NCBI GenBank assembly: GCA_002633005.1
Contig: NMRA01000422.1
Span: 186,001-250,000, forward strand
Length of the DNA: 64,000 nucleotides
Direction of reading: 5' to 3'
Origin: Phoronis australis
Taxonomy: Eukaryota > Animalia > Phoronida
Below the pieces are notes generated by a model. The model saw only the letters and a list, made by a program, of their open reading frames with translations, searched no databases and was not told where the DNA came from. Made by a program: the position numbers and the translations under genes. This document shows positions 1 through 10,800 of the stretch, in pieces; position 1 is the stretch's first letter; the number at the start of each line of letters is the position of its first letter.

Positions 1-2
1 GT

Positions 3-428
3 CCCGATAGACTTGTTCATATTAAACGGCCACCTTCTCCGACGAAGTACTCTTTCAGCGATGGTTCTGATGGAGAGTCATATAGACCCTCTTCGCAAAG
101 TGGATTTCCTTCGCAGTCCTTCCGGCCACAGCCTCGGTCTACTTTATTCAACAACAGTTTGGAAAATGGAGGAAAAAATGTAGCCAAATCTTCATATAAT
201 CCTCGCCATAACAGTTCTGATGGTGAGGATTTTGCCAAGTCAGATGATGGCTCTTGTTCACCTGTTGGTGACACAGACTCCATTGACTTCGCTAAAAATC
301 GGACTGATCGTGTCCCTTACAGTAAAGTGGGACGTGGTGACACTCCAGTGCGGGAGCCCAGTGGTGACGAAGACCACATACGGAGAAATTCTTATATTCT
401 GGCAACAGATGGTGCTGTTGAGGTGTGA
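3..428 (+). CDS. Terminal coding exon (5'-truncated by the window) of an unidentified gene; Ser/Pro/Asp-rich, probably disordered C-terminus ending ...RRNSYILATDGAVEV*
   Basis: The frame of the 159..428 ORF is open from base 3 (PDRLVHIKRPPSPTKYSFSDGSDGES...) to TGA at 426-428. Coding-like composition switches to T-rich UTR-like sequence afterwards. Confidence 0.65.
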   Translation, partial: PDRLVHIKRPPSPTKYSFSDGSDGESYRPSSQSGFPSQSFRPQPRSTLFNNSLENGGKNVAKSSYNPRHNSSDGEDFAKSDDGSCSPVGDTDSIDFAKNRTDRVPYSKVGRGDTPVREPSGDEDHIRRNSYILATDGAVEV

Positions 429-1786
429 GGGTCACATGTTTTGAGAACACAACTTGGGAAAATGCTGAGTTGTGATTTTATAAAATCTCGTTAACTGTTA
501 ATATTTTTATGGACAGCTACTTATGTCTTCCATAAATTTTTGATGATTTTTAAAGTAAGGTTTTTGTAAGATTTTATAACATGTCACGCTATTTTGTGTT
601 CTTGTGATAGCTATTATTTAGTGTTGCTAAGATAAGCATTTTCAGATTTGCTGGTCTACTTGCAACCATTCTACTGTGAGTTTCGTTGCCGCCAATATAG
701 GTCTATCGCCGTATCACTTCCTCCACTGAGTATCTCTAATAGAACAATGAATGTATGTTTGAATATGTGGACAAACTTGGTTTCCACGGATTAACTATAC
801 TATTGTCAGGAAAGGCAGCATGCTGCAGGATTAGATGTTTTATAAAATTGTTAAGTTTTCGTAGTTGTGACATCAATTATTTCCCCTTGACTTTTGATCA
901 GTGATAAACAAGTAAAGTACTCATTACCATATTCCAAATAATTGTGTCACTAGGTGTCGCAAGTGAAGCAAGGGACCTTGCCATAGAAACGTCTGCATTC
1001 AGGTTCTTTGTCACAGAAACACCGCCATGTTCATAAACTGCTTTCAGCTTGGTTAGGAATTGATGCTGTTAATTTTTGGGAATCGGCAGGTTTTGTTTTG
1101 ACATAGACACTTTTAGTTTATGTTCAAATCTCCAGCCCTTTCAGCCAGCTTCGAATTAAGCACTAAGTCGATTTAATATCTGAATGTAGTTTGTACCAGT
1201 ATTTGTTGAGAGAATTTGAATGTTTTGATTGTATGCTCATTAATTCGTTGGTGAAGTTGAGAAAGTGAACTAACCTCTATGATTAAAAACATGAAACAAT
1301 CGCATTACATGGAAATTACACACACTAAACATCATTGAGAATGTGTACAGTTCCAAGTATGGAAATTTAAGTTCAGAAGTTTGTGTGATCAAATCATGAA
1401 TCACAATTATATTGGCACCAAAATTGTGTTGAAATTATAAATTTTACAATTACCCTCAACATTTGTTTTGGTCTTGAAGGTATTGCATCCCTCCATGCAC
1501 TAATCTTATTATTTGTTGTCAAATTTGGTTCCCGTATTATGCAAATACTGTTTTACAAAAATTCTGATCAATCCCAGTGGAACATTTTGGATCTAATGTT
1601 TAGTTGCCAATTATCAGTTTTTCCAATTTTTGTGAGAGAACTCGTATTTAATGTCTTGGGTCTGCATGCATTTCATGATAATGCTGTCCTGTATTTCAGT
1701 TTGTTAGTTATTGTATATTTTTGTAAGAAGAGTTTATTAGTGAATTTATATGCAGATTATTCTACGCAGTTTCAGTATTGTGTAAG

Positions 1787-1931
1787 TTGGTACAGGGCAA
1801 GATGTCCCGTCTTGGTTGGTACAGGGCAAGATGTCCTGTCTTGGTTGGTACAGGGCAAGATGTCCTGTCTTGGTTGGTACAGGGCAAGATGTCCCGTCTT
1901 GGTTGGTACAGGGCAAGATGTCCTGTCTTGG
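1787..1931. repeat. 29-bp minisatellite, about 5 copies
   Basis: Unit TTGGTACAGGGCAAGATGTCCYGTCTTGG repeated in tandem. Confidence 0.95.
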
Positions 1932-1961
1932 TCGTCCTTGCTGCTGTATGTTGAAGCCAAG

Positions 1962-2509
1962 GGCCTGGAGTCTATTCTGCTAACTCAAACTAAATTCGAA
2001 CTAAAAATTTAAAAAATCATGTCACATGATTCAAGTACAAATTTGTTGAGTTTACTCAAAGCGCGGAATGCAAGTTGTCAATTTTCTAGTCTAGTTTTGA
2101 GTACAGACTAGATTCTGCGCCCTGGGCCCGGGGTTTAATCTGTGAAGCCGAAATCGAACTCTAAGTTATTTTTGACATTTACTGCTCTAAACTTGTGTGA
2201 ACTTAGGTGAGTTATTATGAATTGCAGTTCATGATATAGATGAATGACTTTCTAATCCTGACTTGCAGTTGACCCCAGCATTAAAGAAACAAGTTTGAGT
2301 CTCAAATGGAGTTGTTACTGGAATTTGTAGCTGGAACCTGGCAGTCATCAAGGGTCAACTTGGACTAGACAATCATTAGGATAAACTAAAACATACTCGA
2401 ACAGCGAAAAACAGACACTTATCTTGAGTTTGCAAACAAATAAAATGGGAAAGGTCAAAAACAATTATTTTGAGTTGGGTTTTGAGTAAAAAGATTATAA
2501 CCCCGGGCA
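1962..2509. mobile_element. Two adjacent MITEs (about 1962-2121 and 2125-2509) of a GGCCC-terminated family, probably PIF/Harbinger-type
   Basis: Imperfect TIRs GGCCCGGGGTTTAATCT / AGATTATAACCCCGGGCA; CTG flanks the second element on both sides; related copies at ~4488-4752 and 17080-17451. Confidence 0.6.
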
Positions 2510-4487
2510 CTGGTTTTATTTTTTGTCTTTAAGAAGTGAAAGTTTGATTACTATTATAAGAACTGTCATGCACATAATTGGTTAAAACATGACTTTGTAA
2601 ATTGTATTCTTTGTAGAACCGGGATACCCTGTGTTCATTTTATTGTTTTTAAACTTAAAAGTGATCCTCAAAATATAAGAATGTTGCATTTTATTTGCTT
2701 TGTATTTGCATTTGCTCGGGTTTCCCAATAAGAGTTTGAGGTTTCATGCGACATTCAGCCAGCCACCCACAGAGGGCAGTCTGATTGTTGGTTTCACTTG
2801 AATTTTTCTGCTATGGACAAATGTTGGGTGGGTGGATATGATTTCCAACCAACAACTAAAGCATTCAGAGTTGGATCTGCAGGAATTGAAGGAGTGGCGA
2901 AATTCATTAGCAACTGACTTGGATAGTTGTTCATGCCTAACATGACATTTCTTCAGCTAGTAAATTGACCATTTACCATATTCTAAATGATAACAGTTTC
3001 TCATTCTGTTTTTGTGGAATGGCAGATTACATATGAGAAGGTGTCGTAGAGTTCCTGAAATTTGCCCAATAGCTTTCTAGAAGGCTAATATGCAAATTTC
3101 ATGAAAATCCATCAAGGAACTACGGAGAAACAGAACAAAATTCCTTGTCACCTGACGTTTGCTTCATAAGAACACATCTGCCAAATCTCATTACGTAAGA
3201 TCCGGCAATTCGTTACAAATTATTAGAAGATACAGCCGGACAGAGATGATAGAAAGATGAACACATACACGTCTGTGCGTGGCATGGCTCTACAACAGGA
3301 CCTTGCTCAAATCACCTTTCTATTGTTGTACGCATAGATACAGACAAGTTCACTTTTAAGAAAAGTAAACATCAAAAAATTTTTTGCTTTCTCCTCCAAC
3401 AGCTAATACCATCCCAAGAACATCTCTCAGTATTTCTTAACACATTAATAACACTAATTGTATTACAATTTGATGCAGAGTTTATTTAATTTATGTATAA
3501 TCAACATTTGGTCTCCCAGGCAGTCTTTAGTATTCCTAGGCTACGGGTAACACAACCTACTTACTTGACGACCATTTACATAAAACTGCCATCCTGAAAA
3601 ACTCCATCATTGGCTGAAGTCCACACAATAGCATCTGAAATTTCAGTTGCAGTAATTTGGAAATGCAAGTGCAGACCAGAGTTAATTTGTCAACATGGAA
3701 GAACCATGGTATTCTGGTTTGCTCTTCCAGTGAAGACAGCTGAAGCACCACAAGATCTAACAAACAGCTGAAAAACTAGGTTGGCTTGTTGGGCGTAATG
3801 AGATCTGAACAAAGTTCCTAGGCTTAGAGAAGTCACGCAGTTGACGTCATTGCTAGGTGGCGATAGGTGAGTTACCATTACGGAATAATCATAAAAAATG
3901 GCAATTTACTCAACTTAGACCCAAAGCATCAGACTTTGTACAGTTACTTTCACGCAACCAATCAAATGCTTCCTAGAAAGTACTCACATTCTCAGAAGCA
4001 TCCCCTCAACACTTTACAGACTTGGGAAGGCTTATTATTAAAAACCATTAGGTATTCGCATTTAACCAGACCAGGCAGCCATAAGCCCCGCTTTGGAATC
4101 TTTCTCAGAGAGACGTGTCACACTAAAGTACGCATTTTAGCACCACTACACATGCACGTGTCCTCTAAGCACCATTGCACAAAAAAACAACCGCATCTAG
4201 TAACATGCACTGCTTTGGAATACTTAAATATGAGATGAGTAAAGTGCACAACGGATGGTGTGATGCAAAATCGGCGAATACGGTTTCGGAAACCGAATGT
4301 TCTCCAATAAATTTCCCCACATAGCAGTAATCACTAAGCACTTCCTGTCATGGAGAATGCGACAGTTAATTTAAACTAAAGGACAAGCGTCAGGGATCTA
4401 ACCTTTCTTCCCAAAATCAAACTTATTTTTGCCAACTCAAGATCATTGTCTATTATTAAGTGCTCCAATATTTAATGGCTTAAAACG

Positions 4488-4752
4488 TGAGTAGATGTTT
4501 AATCCTAACTTGCACTTGTTGACCACAGCATTAAGGCAACAAGTTTGAGTCTGAACTTGAAATTTAGAGTTTTTACTCGACTTAGTAGCTCGAATCTAGG
4601 ATTCGTCAGGTTCAAGATTGCACTACAATCTCACATGGATAAAACATAATATACTCGAGCACAAAATAATTGACACTTACCTGAGTTCACACAAAGTAGA
4701 ATGGAAACTTTAAAAATAATTTCGATTTCGAATAGAAAGATTTAATAGGCCC
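4488..4752. mobile_element. Partial copy of the same MITE family just downstream of the DNAJC1 stop codon
   Basis: Aligns by eye with 2240-2505 (taatcctaacttgca..gaccacagcattaag..aagtttgagtct..gacactta..agatt..ggccc). Confidence 0.6.
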
Positions 4753-4770
4753 TATCCTCTAGTGGTCTCT

Positions 4771-4845
4771 TTAACTCTGTCCTTGACTTTGTTTCTTTTT
4801 CTTTACAAGCTCTGTTAAGTACTTCACTCGTAATATACACTGTTC
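4771..4845 (-). CDS. DNAJC1: DNAJC1 exon 11 (terminal)
   Basis: tttcag|EQCILRVKYLTELVKKKKQSQGQS*; resembles the vertebrate DNAJC1 C-terminus. Confidence 0.92.
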   Translation of the reverse strand, partial: EQCILRVKYLTELVKKKKQSQGQS

Positions 4846-7800
4846 CTGAAAAAGATCAACAAGCTAATATGAACAGACTCCTGTCACTCAAATTCAACTT
4901 CCAAGCCGTATGAAACACTACTTTATTAATACAACTATTGCTTTGGGACATCCCATTTCATTTTGATTTACTTTTTGCAGCGGACATTTCCCGTTCCTAT
5001 GGTTACACTATGTGTGACCTGAATGGAGCTTATGAGTTATTTTTGGTTTTAATAAATGGCTTCATTCAACTTTCATTTTAACTTGAAGTTACCCACCAAT
5101 GTAGCGCTCAATATGCATTTAACTTAAAGGCAAGATTTACTGTACACAGCAAGTACGGTAACTTTGGAAGATGGCTGCTGAGAGGAGCCAAAACTATTGA
5201 GATGCTAATTTTTATCTGGCTGTGAAAACAAGAAACAATTAATTTGTACTCCACCAACCTAATGGTATTATATAGTGGCTACAGTAATTGTTTGTACCTC
5301 AGATACCTGCACAACTAAACTTCAAACAAAAGATGCATTCACCGCTAAGCCACATTTGAATTCATTGATCTACTCATAACAGCTAGGGCTATTTTAGTTG
5401 ATCAGTGTCACAAAGAAAGGATAATCTGTCTGTGCTGGCATGTGCCCGAATGCACTAATCTTCATTTTACCAAGGATGGTCCCAGTTTGTCTTTTTGTCA
5501 TTCATAATGGAAATCGCCATAACCAGACACCTGGTGGAAGACTGCCTTACCTTTGTTTTACCCGGGATGTGCTCAGCTATCTTGTCCCACCTCTCAGCTG
5601 TTGTGCGAGGATACTGTGCGAGTGCCCATTCCAATATTTTCTGTTGGTTTTGGTTCCAGGCTTGAACATCGTCCCTGGTGTCAGACCCACTGACTCTGAC
5701 TTCAGACGTTGCTAGTCCATTATGTAAAGCATCATGCTTATTACTATCTGTACTACAGCTCTCCACGGGTATAATGTTAACTGCTGCCTTATGGCGCTGG
5801 CGAAGATCATTGTCCATTTGACACCTGTCTGCCTCCACCCTTTCTGTGATATCATCTTCCCGTATTGGTCGACCCTTTTTAGGCACCTGAAGCTGCATAT
5901 CAGCACCAGTGGTTCCTGAAATTGCGAGATGGCATGACATTGTTATGATTAGTTCCAACTGGTTCTCGACAGTCAAACTTGTTTCTGTACAATGATTATT
6001 ACTTTAAAATGATTGATTGATTCTTTTTAAATTGGATTGAACTGTCACAACATAATTCTTGGTATCCCTCAAGAATGTGAATATGCCACTCAGGGTCCAC
6101 TATTATCTGCAAACCTGCTAAGTGTACTTGTATCCTCATGGACATAAGCTTGCCGTCCAGATAATTTACAAACCCATTCTCGAAATTGAAAGCACTTAAT
6201 AAACATTGTCAGTCCTGAAGTTTAACTTTTGACAAATCATCGTCACCACACGCACTATCACAGTGGTCAGTAGACACCATATTAGCACACTGTAACAAAT
6301 CAGAACGTAAGCCCTGCAATAATAGCTCCTATAAGCTATACCACAGAAACAGAGCAAAAGCACAGTTTTGACAGCTTATCACAAAATCATTTTTAAGATC
6401 TATTGGCACGACATTTCAGCCAGTCATTTCTCTGGCCATCTTCAAGTTTTACACCATTCTTCAAAGAATGAGCATTGGTGTACGGTACACTCATAGTGGT
6501 CAATGCCCATCACTGGTGGAAGCTGAGATCGAACTTGGAACCTTAAAATTATCGCTCAGAACTCTTACAACTACAGCACTGAAGATGTGCGGAGAAATGA
6601 CCGACCGACATGTCATGCCAATGTAAATAGGCTAGAGGTTGGAGTAAATAGACCGACAGGTCTTAGAAAATTAATAAAGTTGCATTACAACATCAAGGCG
6701 ATTTTCGGGAGACATTACCCTGAAATGACGTGCTAACATGGGAGCCTGATGATGCGTTCACTTGTTTAGCCATGGAAACCACCTGGAATTAGAACATAGT
6801 CATGGATTATACAAGTGTTGATGGCAAAAACTTTCAAATTGTTTAAACTTATGAAAAACCATACTGTGAACAGAACATTACCAATGGTGTTGGTTGCGCA
6901 GTCATCCAACGCGCACTTTTTAGCCTCATTTCGATGCTAACAATACTTTGCGAGTTGTTTGCCACAAGTCATTGTGTTATAAATTAGATTCTTCAAATGA
7001 ACAGTTTTAGTGCCAGCAAAGTTTTGCTGATGTCAAGTTAGTTGCAATTCGGATGCAAAGAAATTCAATTCAAAACCAATCTGTCCCCCACTTACTGACA
7101 ATTGGAAAAGTGCCAGTCCATCTATGTAATCCACTTAGCAGGTTCAAGGCAAGCACACTAGAGATCTAGGATCTCACAAGGAGGCTCTAATCACACTACT
7201 CAAACAAAAAATTGTGTGCCGTCACTGTTTTGAGTCAAGCCTGGAGGTGGGATCTTGCCCCTTACAACCACCTAAATCTGCCTAGTATGTAGCATCCATC
7301 CAGCCCCCTAATGACTAGAACACAATATCTCAGTTGACATAGCCAGGTTTAATATAAGACTAGCTTTGACCAGAAGGCCACAGATTTATCTCAGTCTGTT
7401 GGTGGTTCACAGCAGTCAAGCTGGATAGAAACAACACATTAGCCTGTTTAGTACATGTAGAATTCACACCAGGAAAAGATACACTGGGGCAAGGAGATTA
7501 TTTGGAAGAGTATGAAATGGAAAGCGTGTCTATGTGACAATTCGAAACCAATATGAATTCAGCGACACCACCCTACCTCCGTGAAAGAAAAAAGGAGCAA
7601 TGATACATTTTTTCTCACCTGACAAACTGGGCGTCCCACGAACTCGGCTATCTTCTCCCAACGTCTCGATGTCCCACCTGGAAAACGTGCCACGGCCTTG
7701 ATGAGGAGAGCTACCTCATCCTCTTGCCACTCACCCTGTAAACAATGTTGCTGTTTGACTTAAACATGTATTCGCATGGTCCTAACTATGCTAATATATA

Positions 7801-10800
7801 GCTGGAACTAAACAATGCTATTTGAACGTCATCAATGCTAAGCAAAGTGCAGTTGTATTCACTGACAACTTGTAAATTTGAAAACAAAAAATTCTGCAAA
7901 TAGGTGACCTTTACACAAATGACGTACCCTGGGGGTTCATATAGCCCCCATCAAGCATCACGTCACAATACTTACAGGACACGATTGAGTGATTTACGGC
8001 GGATCCTTTTTGACCCAAACTCATTCTTATAAAAACATTTGGCAATTTTCTACCTACTTTATATTCACATAATCACTATATGTTATGTTTCTAACTTATT
8101 CGACCAAGTAATCACAGAGATGAGCAATTAGCGCGCAAGTTCCACTTTAAGCAATCATAGATATTACACACAGATGTTCAACAGCTACGACAGAGCTACA
8201 GTTACACCAGTCCTATGACTAAGCTGTGTTCACCCATTTCAAGGAACCAAATCATACAGCAATTGAGAAAGAAATGACCCCTTAACACACTTTGTCCAAA
8301 GAAGTTGTCCTTTCACCTGTCAGAAATCACCAGGTGTCATTTGACCCCTACAATTAGTTGCTGTTGCTTAACAGCTTTACGCATGGATACCTTTTTCTTG
8401 TTTTTCGCACCCTCTGCCTCTGAACTATCACCACTCAAGTTCACCATCTCCTGGTACACAACAGGCCTGTCGACTGAGGCGACAATCTCTGAGTACTGTG
8501 GGATATCTACTATCTTCTTCTTCTTTGGTTTCTTTACTACTTCGTCTGAAGAGTTAAAGCAAGAACAAGGACTAAAATTACACTAACTAGCGCAAGACAT
8601 CATATACACAAAGGATTGTGAAATAGTGGTCATCCAAAGCAGCAGACGGAAATATAAAATTTATGGAGATTACTTCATTATTGTACAAATTCAAACAGCC
8701 AGAACTTCAAGTTCAACTTATTGTAGATAAGAGTAATCTCGTAGCATCTGTCCAAAACCAACAGTAAGCTAACTGAGCAGACGACCGTGGGTGCATAAAA
8801 AGACAATCATAACTACAATATAAAAACTTTCACAATCAACGTTACTGTGATAATAACATTTTCTTTAACACCAAAAAAAAACAAAAAAGAATATAACAGC
8901 ACGCAAATTTTTCTCAATTGTGAGATATGTAGGCCAGTGAACAGAAAACTATGACAAAATCTTGCCAACTTTAGACAAAAATAATTGCCAAAAATGCCCG
9001 TTTTTCATTTTTCAAGGGCTTCTAACAAACATGCCAATTTCCACAAATTTTCAAAACTTGGTTTAAAGGTAACTGACCAGTATAGAACAAAACTTGAAAA
9101 TGGAATTTCATTTAATTTTGTGCTGCGCATACATTTCATTGAAAAAACGACACAATAACATTTCATTTGTTGGCCATACTTTGCCCTATGTTGGTGCCAG
9201 ATTTTACGATACTGAACATAGCAGACAAAATTAACTTGTTAAGCAACCTTTACAACTTCGAAGCTTCATTTTGCTGTAAAACGGAACTGAAGACTTAGAA
9301 AATGAGAGGCACCCAGAAATTCCATGCCACACTCCTATACCTGGTTCTTGATTGGCCTCTTCCTCTTCCTGTTTCCGTTGTCGTTTCTCTTCCTGCCACT
9401 GTTGATACTGCAGCACCCAGCTGCGGCAGTACGCAGGTAAGTTGATACAGGTGTGAACAGTCAGGTAAGACAGCCTGAACGGCAGAAGGTCCTGTAACAA
9501 AGACACTTGTTATCAATAGTTGATTAGCTGTGAAATTAACAGTAGCAGTAAAATTGAGAATGATTACCCGAAGCATTTTTATCTATAAGTGTCTCATTAC
9601 TAAGTGCTTATTACCTGTAATGATGTCCCCGTTATGCACAAACTAGAGAATCTGCATGTTCTAAAGTGTGAGTAAAAAAGCTTCTAGCTCGTTACATTTG
9701 ATAAAGCACGAGAATGTAGAAATTTAGAAATGAGAGATTGGCATGCTAATTGCCTACTAATGTAAGCAACTGCAGAACACATGCACACGAACACACACAC
9801 ACATACACACCATAATTCGAGGTTTAGACAGTGCATTTATCTCGCCCTCTATAAGGTCGTGAATTTCCTCGCGATTTGATGCCTGCTTTGCTTTTTTGCT
9901 TTTCCTGTCTTTCTTTATGCGTGAAGACAGCACTTCCTCCTAAAACAGAATATTACGCACATGATACAGGATGTATGGCGAACAAATAAGTGTCAGCTTA
10001 TAATGACCATGCTCTTTATACCTTTAAGATAACGGGCTCCCTTCATTACCAAGGATCAAATTTCTCAGGGGTTGAGCTCATCAGTTTGCAATTTGGGGTA
10101 TCTTTACTACAGACAGCCACATTAAGAGTAAGCTGTGTCTCAGATAATGTGTTTGTGTTTCAGCTTTCCGCTTGATTTCGAGCAGTGATAAGCACTAAGT
10201 GGAATGTGCCTTAGCATTCAGTTATCTTTCTGCATTTTTATCATTTAATTATTAACAAACTGGCCACCAGCATCTTAGTTGACCTACCGTTGTGAAATGA
10301 CCTCATCGTCCGAGCAAAATGGTAAAATCTCACCAATTCTGGACGAAAATATTTATCAAAATGGCATTATTTTTTATTTTCAAGGGCTTTTAACATTAAT
10401 TGTGAATGCCCAAAGATTTTCAAAGCTTTGTCTGATGGTAGCTGTGGTAAAATAACTGAACATGGAAATGCATATTTTACGAATTGGTACAACACAATAT
10501 CATGTTTCGATGGAAAGTGGTGCATAAAAACAAAAAAATCCGACCAAATATAAGTCAAAATCTATGCTTTCTTACCTTTAAACTACCACTTGTGTACTCA
10601 TCAGTGCTACCTTGACGTATTTGTTTATATTTTCTGACTGCATAGCGCTAGCTAGGCCACTTACCACTATGAAATAGGTTCCCAAACTGTTCCTTAGTCA
10701 AAATAGAATTGATTTCTGGGCTCGGAAAAAACAACAATTGCTTATTTCTTGAGAGCTTGGTTAGACGAAATAACGAGCTGTTAGTTCTTCCTGAGCCCAG

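Noticed and set aside
890-912. CAGTGA loop as a possible iron-responsive element in the 3' UTR
   Set aside because: Flanking bases (TTGAT / TAAAC) do not form the required 5-bp upper stem.
1539-2012. 157-aa ORF
   Set aside because: Runs through T-rich UTR-like DNA, a minisatellite and a MITE; no protein features.
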